From Proteromonas lacertae (lineage: Eukaryota), in assembly GCA_002245135.1 (NCBI GenBank), contig NGBS01001246.1:1-32194 (forward strand): a DNA stretch of 32,194 nt, given 5' to 3'. Each line of letters begins with the position of its first letter. The stretch's first letter is position 1. Below, in pieces: positions 1 to 12,048 of this stretch. The notes beneath the pieces are model-generated. The model was not told where the DNA came from. It ran no database searches and worked only from the letters and a program-made list of their open reading frames with translations. Made by a program: the position numbers and the translations under genes.

Positions 1-919
1 TTTATTCTTTACAATAGCGAAATAATTCAATATATTAACTCATGTATTAATTAAATCATATCTAATTATAATTCACCTGTATCTTCTGGTAATTCAAATA
101 TTAGGATAGACAAAACTCCACCATAAAAACGATAAACTTAAAGCATACTTATAATCTTTAATTGAATAATTCTTTTCATCTATTTGGTATACTGATTTTA
201 GAATAACATCAAAATTATATTCATTTCTTTCAATCTTATTAATGTTTTTTCATCAACTGGTAGAGGAGAGTAAATTCCTTTATATTGTCTAAGCACATTT
301 ACTGTTTCATCATATCTCTTTTCAAAAACTAATTTTGCATAATAGCAAAATTCAAGGGCTTAGGAAACAAAGAAACTAGGAAGAGTAACATCATCGTAAC
401 TAGATATATTTCCTTTATCTTTTAAACACTTTTCATTCATTCTTCAATTTCTATTATTTCACATTCAGGAATTTCTTTTCTTCATATAACAACTCTATAA
501 ACATTACATCTTCATTTTCCATCTCTAAATCTAATTAAACTAAATGACATTTCAAATTACTACAAAATATTGAACATTTTTGTTCTATCTCTAATAGCTT
601 ATTGTCATTACAATTACCTTTCCTCATAGTAATATTCTTATTCGATTTAATTAAATAAAATCTAATTGATATTTGTTAACCTGTAAATCTTGAATTTGAT
701 AATTCTATACATCACAATTACAAATACACTGGTCGAATAATATTCATATAAACTTTAAAATACCTTTGAATTGCTTTTATTATCAAAAATTAAAAATTAA
801 AATGACAATTATGGTTAACGAAAGTTTTCTCTTAACCCAAAATTTTGAAAATACATATAAATTCATTCCACATTGATATTATAACAATATTAATACAAAA
901 ATGTAAGAATAGAGTATAA

Positions 920-2858
920 TTAATAAAATAAATTTACTAAAGCATCTTGGGTCTGTTCTACAGGAATTGAGTTGTTTATTGTACCTTCAAGGAAATAGAA
1001 TCTATAAATTATAATGTTATACATACAATGTTGAAAATAGATAATAATCAAAGGAATAATTAAAATAATCAACCAAGACATATGTCTGTTGTGAGTATAT
1101 AAACCTCTATTATTTATATCATTTATATCAATATATACTCTAAAGATGATTCAACCATTGTTCTTAATCGAAATGCTTCACTCGCTCCTAGAAAATTGGT
1201 TATTGATCTCATCTATTTTATAATATAATATCATTTTAAAATGTATAATATACAATATTAACTGTTCTCATTACACAAGCAAAATCAGGAGGCATATCTG
1301 TTGCCATTTGAAATAACTAAATTGTATTATTAATTATTATAAAAACATTCATATATAAATATATATAAATAATATATATATATATATATATATATACTGT
1401 GTCTAACATTGTTCCATATTTCGTTCCAAATGTTTTCTTTAGAGTTTTCTTTAGTAAATGAATATCATTTTCGGTTAATTTACCACCCAATGTTGTTGTT
1501 CCATCTTTGGGTCTCATTGTTATCATAAATGATAACATTTCTTCGAATTTTTCTAATCCCAATTTTGTCGCAGCTTTGTTGATTTCTATTTTCATTATTA
1601 TAAAACATTATTATTATATTTATATTATATATATATATACTTCTTCATCTCGTAATAACAAACCTTTCCATAATTCACATATTGCTAATCGAGAATTTTC
1701 AGTCATCGTTGTGTACATTCCATGATCTATCAATACCATTTGAGGAATATTTTTATCAACCGGATTTTGACGAACAAAAATATTACCAGCATGAGGATCC
1801 ATATGAACAAATCCATGAACAAATATCATGTCACTTAAATGTTTCACGATTATTCGAGCTACTTCGATTCGATCAAATCCAAATTCTTTTAGTTTTTCTT
1901 TGTCATTTACTTTTATTCCATCAATATATTCCATTGTTAATACTCTTCTAGAAGATAATTCAGGATACATTTGAGGAATATAGAAATATTTACTATCATA
2001 AATATATAATTATATCATATACTCGCCTTTAAATAGTTCTTTTGTTTTTATTGCATTTTTATATTCTTTTGAAAAATCTGTCTCGTTTAAAGCAATTTGG
2101 AAAAAATTCTTGAGATACTCCCATAAAATCAAATCGTGGAAATAATACTTGAATAAATGTCAACACTAATCTCATCACATTGAAATCCATTGTCATTTCA
2201 TCTTGTAGTAATGGATATTGTACTTTTATTGCCAACTTTTTACCAGTTACAGATGTAGCTCGATGAACTTGAGCTAATGAAGCACTTGCTACTGGACTCT
2301 ATTTATATATTATTAAATAAATTATTAACATTTTATATATACTTTATCAAATGATCCAAATAATTCTTCAGGAGATTTGCCTAAATCATTTATTATCATT
2401 CTTCTTATATCTTCATAATCAAAACATTGACCATTATCTGTTAATGTTAACATCGTATCAGTCCATGCACGAGGTATCATACCTCTCAATGTTGAGATAT
2501 ATTGACCCACTTTTATGTATATTCCTCCAAGAATTCTAGTTTATAGATTTATTATAAAAACTAAAATTGTAATACTTAAACGCCTCTTTAACTCGCTTCG
2601 CTTCTCTCTCATCTACTTCTCGTTGTTTAGCTCGATATTTCTCTATTCCAAGTGCTTTCTTTTCTCGATATGATGGATAATTCACTTTATAATCATATGC
2701 TACTATCGCTATTGTACTGATAGGTACATAACGTCTTAAAATAGATTTTCTAATCCTCTAAATAAAGATTTAGTTAAATACCTTATTTTCGGTGATACTA
2801 ATACACCTCCTACTGCACATCCTGCAGCAGTTACCAATGCCTTTCTAAAGAAATGCAT
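920..2858 (-). CDS. ABC1/UbiB-family atypical protein kinase (ADCK1/ADCK5-like), multi-exon
   Basis: Minus-strand exons give the ABC1 motifs GGIYIKVGQY, ASASLAQVHRA, AIKVQYP, LTMEYIDG, GFVHMDPHAGNIFVR and LIDHGMY, separated by short AT-rich introns. ATG at 2858; the last exon and stop (920) are tentative. Confidence 0.85.
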
Positions 2859-2911
2859 TAAAATTTAAGAATAGAAGAAAAATTCTTTCAGAATTTTGTT
2901 TCAAAAATATT

Positions 2912-2922
2912 CACTATAAGAA
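2912..2922 (+). repeat. Left TIR of CACTA element (CACTATAAGAA)
   Basis: Exact reverse complement of 10218-10228; one mismatch to the maize En/Spm terminus CACTACAAGAA. Confidence 0.7.
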
Positions 2923-3486
2923 ATTTTCTAAGTTTTTTTTTATTTTTTTTTGTGACTTTGAAGTTGTTTTCTCAACAACTATAAAGAATTAGACTAAAAA
3001 AATTACATCACAGTATGAGTCATAGATTGAACTTTATGCTGACGTAGTTAGATTAAAATTACCTAATCAGGTAATTAATCAAAAATTTGATGTATTTCTC
3101 GATATTATGGCAACTAATGATTAAATTATGTTACAACATTGCTTATTTTCATAATATTAAACAATAACTTTCTTTTCAGAGCTAGTAAAATTAGTTTTAA
3201 AAATCATTTCAAAATGGGTGAAAAGAGCCAAAAAATTGAAAATGGGGACCTGGAATTCTTAGAAATTATTTTTCTCACGAACTAGATCATAATTGAAAGT
3301 AATATAATGAGCCAAGTTTAGCCTAATAAAATACATATGCATGGTGGGACTAGTTTTTGATTTGACGATCAATTATTTCGAACGATTTTGCTCTTATTTG
3401 CGCAGTATTGTTCTTTTCTCTTATTTCCCCTTATTTTAAAACAGAAATTAGTATTACAATATAAAAATTAGAAAATTATTGCACTT

Positions 3487-4319
3487 ACTATAACAATATT
3501 ATATACTATATTTGTTCATCATTTAAACATACTCATATTTCAGCACCTATATATACTATAACTATATTATATACTATATTTGCTCATCATTTAAATATGC
3601 TCATATTTCATCACCTATATATACTATAACTATATTATATACTATATTTGTTCATCATTTAAACATGCTCATATTTCATCACCTATATATACTATAACTA
3701 TATTATATACTATATTTGCTCATCATTTAAATATGCTCATATTTCATCACCTATATATACTATAACTATATTATATACTATATTTGTTCATCATTTAAAT
3801 ATGCTCATATTTCATCACCTATATATACTATAACTATATTATATACTATATTTGTTCATCATTTAAACATGCTCATATTTCATCACCTATATATACTATA
3901 ACTATATTATATACTATATTTGTTCATCATTTAAACATGCTCATATTTCATCACCTATATATACTATAACTATATTATATACTATATTTGCTCATCATTT
4001 AAATATGCTCATATTTCATCACCTATATATACTATAACTATATTATATACTATATTTGTTCATCATTTAAACATGCTCATATTTCATCACCTATATATAC
4101 TATAACTATATTATATACTATATTTGTTCATCATTTAAATCATGCTCATATTTCATCACCTATATATACTATAACTATATTATATACTATATTTGTTCAT
4201 CATTTAAATATGCTCATATTTCATATATATACTATAACTATATTATATACTATATTTGTTCATCATTTAAATATGCTCATATTTCATCACCTATATATAC
4301 TATAACTATATTATATACT
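3487..4319. repeat. 68-bp tandem repeat, ~12 copies
   Basis: Unit ACTATATTTGTTCATCATTTAAACATGCTCATATTTCATCACCTATATATACTATAACTATATTATAT recurs at 3505, 3573, 3641, 3709 and onward with few variants and no spacers. Confidence 0.97.
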
Positions 4320-4321
4320 TT

Positions 4322-4450
4322 AATAGAATTATACCAATCACAGCTCCATTATTGAAATCTCATATTGCTGATATTGATTATAAGTTAAAACCTGGTATGG
4401 TAACATTGACATGGACATCAATGAATATAGATGCATATAAACATCATGTG
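4322..4450 (+). pseudogene. Fragment of axonemal outer-arm dynein heavy chain (DNAH5/8-like, N-terminal stem region)
   Basis: Translates NRIIPITAPLLKSHIADIDYKLKPGMVTLTWTSMNIDAYKHH; PG..TLTWTSMNIDAY is a conserved dynein heavy-chain stem motif. Confidence 0.75.
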
Positions 4451-4485
4451 ATCAAATCCAGAGTTTTTTTCTCCTCGTTAATCTT

Positions 4486-4603
4486 CTTTTCATATTCTTT
4501 CAATGTATAAATTAAATCAGTGTAATAACTCTTAAACTTCTCTTCTTGTAATAAAACAATCTTGGCACTTTCTGGTATTTCTATTCCCATTCTATCTAAA
4601 CGA
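4486..4603 (-). pseudogene. Second dynein heavy-chain fragment, opposite strand
   Basis: LDRMGIEIPESAKIVLLQEEKFKSYYTDLIYTLKEYE; from recall, this segment directly precedes the 4322-4450 segment in gamma-type dynein heavy chains. Confidence 0.7.
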
Positions 4604-4639
4604 TTTGAAAATGAGTTAACATCTCTGTTCATCATTCAT

Positions 4640-5000
4640 TTTGATCTTGTTCACCTCTGGATCATATTTTCTATCCATATGTGACAATTCTAATACATCT
4701 ACTACATCTTTTAAGGCTTCTTTCATATCAGCTGTGAATTTATCCATGTCTTGAAGAACTTAAATAAGAGAGTTTCTAAATTTCTCAAGGGGTTTTCACT
4801 AATCATACCGAATAAAAGTGTATTGTCACAACTCTTCGTTTAACGAACATCTTCTCCTGATGTGAGTAACAACTCATTCTCTTCACCATATCCTCTTATC
4901 TCACCTTCGCTATACATGACTTTTTTAAGGAATTTTCTGTATCTCTCATACTAGCACCAAATGCTTCAGTGACATGACTAATCATCCATCATGAAAAATA
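4640..5000 (-). pseudogene. Further degraded coding fragments, possibly the dynein heavy-chain extreme N-terminus
   Basis: Interrupted frames read WMISHVTEAFG, ELLLTSGEDVR, LLFGMISENP and MDKFTADMKEALK; similarity judged by eye only. Confidence 0.35.
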
Positions 5001-5292
5001 AAAGTAGAAAGAATCGCATTTAATGAAAGCCAAGGGGATATAGTTTAATATATACATCATATCTTTATATCTGCAGCCTTTAATTCTTCTTAATATACCT
5101 CAGTAAATTTGCAAGCCTGTTATTCTACATAATCTTATTAGAATTACATCAACTTCTCTATAAACCGTAAAATTCATTTCAGATATTTATACCTTCCACT
5201 ACTTATAGGATTAGGATTAAAATTATTTTTAAAATGAAACGATTTCATTGGTTATTTTCTCTAATACATTAATCATTCGTAAATAGTATTAA

Positions 5293-8200
5293 ATGTATTT
5301 TAGTCTTTTATTAGACTGTCTAGATATAAAACCAACAACAATTATTAGTAATAAAATTTTATCATTAGATGTAAATAGTTTAGTTATACAAGTAATTAAA
5401 TATGTGAAGCAAAAGAAAAATATACCGTTGGTTGTTATACAAGAATCTACAAATATTATTGACATTGTAAATATACTATTCACAGGATGTTTTATTAAAT
5501 ACAAAAAAGAGATCTACTCAAGCAAAGATGTTATAAGAAGAATTGAGGAGTTATTTGGTGTAGATAATGAAATTTTAATACTTTTTGCAGTTAAATATGG
5601 AAATTCTTCAAAATTTGAAGAAATGAAACATTTACAGTATGTTAATATTAATAATGTACTAAAAATATACAAGGATGTGTTTAACATTACAGATTATTTA
5701 CAATTCAAACAAAAAATAATAAAGAGAAAATCAAGTAGTAAGAATACAGAAAAACGGAAAAAAAGAAAATTGGTAAATAACATTAATGATAATACTGCAA
5801 ATAATATGAATGAAAATAATGGAAGTAGTAATCCAGTTGAAGATGAAATGGATGAAGGTAGTGAATTGAATGGAAATAGTAATCCAGTTGAAGATGAAAT
5901 GGATGAAGGTAGTGAATTGAATGGAAATAGTAATCCAGTTGAAGATGAAATGGATGAAGGTAGTGAATTGAATGGAAATAGTAATCCAGTTGAAGATGAA
6001 ATGGATGAAGGTAGTGAATTGAATGGAAATAGTAATCCAGTTGAAGATGAAATGGATGAAGGTAGTGAATTGAATGGAAATAGTAATCCAGTTGAAGATG
6101 AAATGGATGAAGGTAGTGAATTGAATGGAAATAGTAATCCAGTTGAAGATGAAATGGATGAAGGTAGTGAATTGAATGGAAATAGTAATCCAGTTGAAGA
6201 TGAAATGGATGAAGGTAGTGAATTGAATGGAAATAGTAATCCAGTTGAAGATGAAATGGATGAAGGTAGTGAAAGTGCAATAAATGACGATAAATGTGAA
6301 GGTGAAGAAGATATCGAAGATGATTCAATAAATAATGATAATAGTGAAGGTGAAGAAGATATCGAAGATGATTCAATAAATAATGATAACAGTGAAGGTG
6401 AAGAAGATAACGAAGATGATTCAATAAATAACGATAATAGCGAAGATGAATATGGTAGCTATGGTAATGGTGAAGAAAATGATATTAATCGAGATAGAGA
6501 TGATTTAATGATATATTTACTGCAGTTTTTTCTCGAGAATGGCATATCAGAATTCAAAGTTAGTAAATTCTTAAAAAAGATTAATACTATAAATACAATT
6601 AAAAATTTAAAGATCAAAACATCACTCAAATCAATAAAAGAATTTGTAAAAATAAAAATCAAATTTAAAGAAAGAAAAAAGAAATATTATATTGGTATTG
6701 AAGAATCTTTAAAAAATATATTATGTAATACTAACATAAAATTAATTAACAATAATTGTAAAGATAAATATAAGTCGATTGAAAGTTCTGAAAATTATAT
6801 TAAATTAAAGGATAATGATCAAAACACAGATTTTATCCATGTACCAATCCAAATCAGCTACGATGGCATACAATTATCTCCTTTTTCTTCCTCAAAAAAG
6901 TCAATTAATTTACTCAGTTATAAACTACTCAACTTAAAAAATAATATAAAACTTGTTGAAGTAATTGCAGCTGATGAAACTGAAGATGGTTTAAATGAAA
7001 ATAGAACAAATTTAATCCAAGAACTAAATAACTTATATTATAATGGATTCAAAATTGGTGATAGAAATTATAATGTCTATCCACTAAGCTATTGCTCAGA
7101 TAGTGTAGCTACAGTTAAATTTTTTAATCTTCACAATTTTATTAGCGCAAATCACTTTTGTCGTACTTGTGACGCTAAATGCACAACTAAATATGTAACT
7201 GTTAATAACAAGAAAAAGAAAGTAAGAGCACGTGAAGCAATGCGTGGTTACAATCAAAATAATTTCAATAAATACAAGAATAAATACGGATATTCAGTTA
7301 AAAAATTAATAAAGATATTTGATGATGGTAAATATAAAGATTTCTTATTAAAGACATATAAAAAAGAAAGTGATTTCTTAGATGTTAAAATATTCAGTAT
7401 TAGGTTTATAACATACGATACTATGCATAATCTTTTCAATGGATTATCCATTTTTTATGATGATATTATAAAGAAAGTTAATCAAATAGATGTTGTTAAT
7501 GAGATCAAATTTGTATATTGCAATAGCTCATCATTTTACAACAATATAGATTTATCTAATATAAATAAGTATAACATTATTCAAAAAATATATATATTAT
7601 TAAATATATTTCCATTAATTTTAATGAAATATATAAATTATGTGAAAAGAAATAGAAATATTATTACTGATTATAGTTATTACAATATCTGTAAATCACT
7701 TTTTAGTATAATTAATGTTATTAACAATTGTTTATATTACCAGTATAGCGACATGTCTACTACAGAAATGGAAAATGAATTAATTAACAAATTGATGATA
7801 TTAGAATTATTTTATTTATTTAAACCCTCCACTCATGACATTGTCCATCTTGTTTTATATTTAAAATGTTTAGGGCCTTTATCCCACAATGGAACTACAA
7901 TCTTCGAAAGATCTTACAAACAGTTAAGAAAAATAACATTATCTAACAAGAAAAAGCTTATTAGTGTAATAAACAGTATGGAATTAATAAACAGCTTAAA
8001 CATATATCTATATAAACAAACTGATAATAAATACAAATATCATATCAAAATAAATAATTCAAAAACAGTAGAGCAGTTATTTCACTCTTATACTAATATT
8101 AAAATATATAGTGTAGTATCATATTTTGATGAGGACGTAATGCGATTCGGAATAATAAGAAAAAAGAATAATAATATTTTATCAATAAACGAAATAATAG

Positions 8201-8361
8201 TTAATAGAATATCTACAAAAATTTATAAAATTTTAAATTTTAATAATAGTATCAATATAAACATAGATATAAACAAAACAATTATATTTAATAATTTATA
8301 CATACAAGATAATGAGTACTATATATTTACATCCGATTTAGTTGAATATGAAAAACTATAA
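5293..8361 (+). CDS. CACTA/EnSpm-type DDE transposase (1022 aa, intronless) with acidic repeat insert
   Basis: Ordered CMC signatures: ISYDG (D1), YCSDS (D2), FCRTC (CxxC), YDTMHNLFNG ([M/L]H), KPSTHDIVHL (H-x3-H), GPL...FERSYKQLR (E). Uninterrupted ORF. Confidence 0.88.
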   Translation: MYFSLLLDCLDIKPTTIISNKILSLDVNSLVIQVIKYVKQKKNIPLVVIQESTNIIDIVNILFTGCFIKYKKEIYSSKDVIRRIEELFGVDNEILILFAVKYGNSSKFEEMKHLQYVNINNVLKIYKDVFNITDYLQFKQKIIKRKSSSKNTEKRKKRKLVNNINDNTANNMNENNGSSNPVEDEMDEGSELNGNSNPVEDEMDEGSELNGNSNPVEDEMDEGSELNGNSNPVEDEMDEGSELNGNSNPVEDEMDEGSELNGNSNPVEDEMDEGSELNGNSNPVEDEMDEGSELNGNSNPVEDEMDEGSELNGNSNPVEDEMDEGSESAINDDKCEGEEDIEDDSINNDNSEGEEDIEDDSINNDNSEGEEDNEDDSINNDNSEDEYGSYGNGEENDINRDRDDLMIYLLQFFLENGISEFKVSKFLKKINTINTIKNLKIKTSLKSIKEFVKIKIKFKERKKKYYIGIEESLKNILCNTNIKLINNNCKDKYKSIESSENYIKLKDNDQNTDFIHVPIQISYDGIQLSPFSSSKKSINLLSYKLLNLKNNIKLVEVIAADETEDGLNENRTNLIQELNNLYYNGFKIGDRNYNVYPLSYCSDSVATVKFFNLHNFISANHFCRTCDAKCTTKYVTVNNKKKKVRAREAMRGYNQNNFNKYKNKYGYSVKKLIKIFDDGKYKDFLLKTYKKESDFLDVKIFSIRFITYDTMHNLFNGLSIFYDDIIKKVNQIDVVNEIKFVYCNSSSFYNNIDLSNINKYNIIQKIYILLNIFPLILMKYINYVKRNRNIITDYSYYNICKSLFSIINVINNCLYYQYSDMSTTEMENELINKLMILELFYLFKPSTHDIVHLVLYLKCLGPLSHNGTTIFERSYKQLRKITLSNKKKLISVINSMELINSLNIYLYKQTDNKYKYHIKINNSKTVEQLFHSYTNIKIYSVVSYFDEDVMRFGIIRKKNNNILSINEIIVNRISTKIYKILNFNNSININIDINKTIIFNNLYIQDNEYYIFTSDLVEYEKL
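5827..6273 (+). repeat. 51-bp coding tandem repeat (SNPVEDEMDEGSELNGN), ~9 copies
   Basis: Identical units from 5827 to 6235 at 51-bp spacing, in frame within the transposase. Confidence 0.97.
6298..6447 (+). repeat. 48-bp coding repeat (EGEEDIEDDSINNDNS), 3 copies
   Basis: Three near-identical 16-aa units directly after the 51-bp array. Confidence 0.9.
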
Positions 8362-8717
8362 TTAATTAATTTATGCATTATTATTGTTGTTGTTGTTGTT
8401 ATTAATACTAATTGATTAAAATACATTTTAAAATATAATCCATTTTAAAAAAATTATAAAAGTATAATACACAAAGTTAAAATCATTGTATATTCATTAT
8501 TCACATTTAAACATTTTAAATATCATTTATTTCTTCATTTTATCACATTTCATATCTAAAGATATTAATATCTAACAATGGAAATGCTCTACTTCCGTTA
8601 AGACCATGATTATTTTGAGATTCTAATGTGGATATATATATATACCATTTCTAAATGATGATTTCTTCTAAACGCCTCCATTTCGAAATACACAACTCTG
8701 CATAAATTTACGAGATA

Positions 8718-9177
8718 TTCCATTCAATTCACTACCTTCATCCATTTCATCTTCAACTGGATTACTATTTCCATTCAATTCACTACCTTCATCCATTTCA
8801 TCTTCAACTGGATTACTATTTCCATTCAATTCACTACCTTCATCCATTTCATCTTCAACTGGATTACTATTTCCATTCAATTCACTACCTTCATCCATTT
8901 CATCTTCAACTGGATTACTATTTCCATTCAATTCACTACCTTCATCCATTTCATCTTCAACTGGATTACTATTTCCATTCAATTCACTACCTTCATCCAT
9001 TTCATCTTCAACTGGATTACTATTTCCATTCAATTCACTACCTTCATCCATTTCATCTTCAACTGGATTACTATTTCCATTCAATTCACTACCTTCATCC
9101 ATTTCATCTTCAACTGGATTACTATTTCCATTCAATTCACTACCTTCATCCATTTCATCTTCAACTGGATTACTATT
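8718..9177 (-). repeat. Inverted copy of the 51-bp array, 9 copies
   Basis: Exact reverse complement of the 5827-6273 unit; it makes up most of ORF 8668..9186. Confidence 0.97.
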
Positions 9178-10217
9178 TATATTCATTTTATCTTATCATA
9201 TTAGGAACATCGTTAGTAGGATATACTAATTTTACTGCATTTGTGATATTTATTGATGATGCAACATTCTTTGGAATTGAAGTTCCCATTCTATACACAC
9301 ATTATTATAATCAGTTAAACATCTCTTTCTGAAGGTAATACTAACTACTCTTTATAGTTATTGTCTCATTGTAGCTCAAACTGAACGAATTGTTATATTT
9401 GATGCAAACAAAACACATGACTAATTCTGGAGCAACTGACAATATTATTTATCACAATTGAAAAAAAAATATACTATATAATATAAATTACATATTTCAT
9501 AAAATAATTGAAAGCATGACATTTACCATGTAAAGTTGCAAATTTTGACATTTTTTCATTTCTTTTTTCTTGATTTTCTATTAATTTTCTCCATTTCAAT
9601 AATTGCATTGGACTAATTATAATATAACTGTAAATGTACAGATGATACATACCTGTAAAATAAGATAATTTGTAGATTTAAAAATTAGCATTGTGAAATG
9701 TATTATTTATTATGAACTATAAATCAAAAAAGTATTATACTACTTATAATAGTTATTAATTATTCATATATTTATATGTTTCATATACTTAGAGTGAGAT
9801 GTTTCTATTGTAGATATTTGTGTTAGATATTCCATAGTTGTATATAACTTGGTGTATTAGTTATGCACGTATATTATTGATAAACAGAAACAAAAATTGC
9901 ATATAATTGGAAATGTTTCTTCATATTGTCAATATTTTTTATATTTTATGCATTAATGCAATTTATTATGCCTTAATCTCTATTTTAATATGATTATTAG
10001 TTATTTTTGAAGTAAATTTAAAAATCACAAATATTAGTTTTTCTTTTTTTTAAGCCTGTTCAAAAGTAGAATAGTTTCTTAATACACTGTGAAAATTTTT
10101 CATTCCAATTCATTCTTTAACATAATGAAAAATTGAAAAGAAAAAGTGTTAAAAAGAGAAAATCGCAAACAAGATCTGATCCTTGAATACTATCCCTATT
10201 TGCAAAATAGATTTTAG

Positions 10218-10228
10218 TTCTTATAGTG
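10218..10228 (-). repeat. Right TIR of CACTA element
   Basis: TTCTTATAGTG is the reverse complement of 2912-2922 and is followed by TT. Confidence 0.7.
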
Positions 10229-10377
10229 TTATCGTTTTCAATAATTAACAAAATTATAACTATTGCTAAATATTTTAGTAATTATTATAAAATCTTCAAT
10301 CAATGAAAAACACTGAATATTAGAATTAGCCATTAAACATTACAAATAATTAATTAATCATTCACAGTTTTACTATT

Positions 10378-10692
10378 TTAACCATATACTTCTTTTTGTC
10401 GATTCATTTCATCAATATACTTTTGCATTGCTTCTTCACTTGACATACCTTTATAAGAATTCCAAGAATCCCACTTTCTTTTACCCTATATATACCAAAT
10501 AAATTTACAAATAAGTATATAAAATACAGTAAAATCTAAAAACCCTGGACGATCAGTAGAACAATCACCTACTGTTGCTTGTTTGTATAATCCATATATT
10601 TTAAGCTTATCTTCATCTGGCACTGGCTTAGAAGGTTTAAAGGAATTAACTTCAGCAGCTGATGCTTCAAATTGTTCTTTTAATGATGACAT
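10378..10692 (-). CDS. ACBP: Acyl-CoA-binding protein (90 aa, 2 exons)
   Basis: Exon 1, 10692-10528: MSSLKEQF...[16 protein letters not shown]...RPGFLDFT. 42-nt GT-AG intron, 10527-10486. Exon 2: [24 protein letters not shown]...YG*. Confidence 0.95.
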
Positions 10693-10772
10693 AATAGCAA
10701 AAAAGATTGTGTCAATAGTCAAAATAGATTTGATTTTAGCTTGATTCAACTTGACATTTCTTTTTTGAAATT
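10693..10772. promoter_or_regulatory. 80-bp divergent intergenic region (probable bidirectional promoter)
   Basis: The ACBP ATG (10692, -) and PPIL4 ATG (10773, +) are head-to-head. Confidence 0.55.
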
Positions 10773-12048
10773 ATGAGTGTTATACTTGAGACTAGTCTTG
10801 GTACTTTGACAGTGGACCTTTATTACAAGGAATGTCCAATGGCAGCAGAAAATTTTCTAAAATTATGTAAAATTAAATATTATAATGGTCATTTATTCTA
10901 TAATGTTCAAGCTAATTATATAGCTCAGACAGGTGATCCAACAGGAAGTGGAAATGGCGGATCTTCAATCTATGGATTATTGGATGGAGGTGAATCAAAG
11001 TATTTTAATGACGAAATAGTAAAATTTCTTACTCATTCAAGAATGGGAACAGTAGGTATGGCATCAGCAGGTCCAAATTGTAATGGAAGTCAATTCTATA
11101 TAACATTAAGAAATAAAATCGATTATTTAGATGGTAATCACACAATATTTGGCCAAATAATAGATGAAAATATAGATATACTAGATAAATTCAACCATCT
11201 CCATATAGATGAAGATGGAAGACCACTTATTGATATAAGGATATTACACACAATTGTTATTGAAGATCCATTTAAAGATGATGATAAATTGAAAGAATTA
11301 ATTCCTCCATCATCACCAACTTATTTAAAACCAAAAACAGAGATTGTTCCATCAAGATTGACATTAGAAGAAGCAAATAATAACGATGAGTATATAAATA
11401 ATTTATAATTTTATATTTTTATAATTTAAATCTTATAGTAATATATCACAAGAAGAACTGCAAAAACGAATAAAAAAACAAGAAAGTAAAACAGCAGCAG
11501 TAATATTAGAAGTAGTTGGTGATATCCCAGATGCAGAAATGAAACCTCCAGATAATGTACTATTCGTATGTAAATTAAATCCAGTTACTGAAGATAAAGA
11601 TCTAGAGTTGATATTTAGTAGATTTGGTGATATTAAAAGTTGTGAAATTATTCGTGATCACAAAACAGGAGATAGTTTGCAATATGCATTTATAGAGTTT
11701 GAGAATGCCAAACAGTGTCAAGATGCATATTTTAAGATGGATAACACACTAATCGATGATAGAAGAATACATGTCGATTTTAGTCAGTCAGTTGGTAAAT
11801 TGTGGAATAAATATAAGAAAAATCCTAACAATCTTACTAAAGGAGATGCTACTTTAGATGCAAGGAGTAATATTGGTAAAGTTAATAACAATAAACAGAA
11901 GGATAAAGAATCTGATGTGAAGAGGAAGAAGAATGAAAGTAGAAGTAGAAGCAGAAGCAGTCATAAACGTAAGAGAAGTGAAAGTAGATCTAAATCAAGT
12001 CATCATCATCATAAACACAGCCATCATCATCATAAACATTCTAATTGA
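10773..12048 (+). CDS. PPIL4: Cyclophilin-RRM protein (PPIL4/CYP59), 2 exons
   Basis: Cyclophilin domain ([28 protein letters not shown]). GT-AG intron 11390-11438 joins in frame to [24 protein letters not shown]...[11 protein letters not shown] (RRM) and an RS/His-rich tail. Confidence 0.95.

Larger units (their letters stand above)
2912..10228 (+). mobile_element. CACTA/EnSpm (CMC superfamily) DNA transposon, ~7.3 kb
   Basis: 11-bp perfect TIRs: CACTATAAGAA (2912-2922) and TTCTTATAGTG (10218-10228). TT flanks both ends (2910-2911, 10229-10230). Encloses a CMC-type transposase and sits between two host genes. Confidence 0.7.

Noticed and set aside
1..520. Possible minus-strand coding remnant
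   Set aside because: Frames are interrupted and no family motif is recognisable.
3487..4319. CRISPR-like array
   Set aside because: Units are head-to-tail with no unique spacers, there are no cas genes, and the context is eukaryotic.
5783..6424. 213-aa His/Tyr/Leu-rich minus-strand ORF
   Set aside because: Antisense shadow of the acidic tandem repeats in the transposase.
8668..9186. 172-aa ORF as a genuine gene
   Set aside because: Almost entirely the stop-free 51-bp array; no independent coding evidence.
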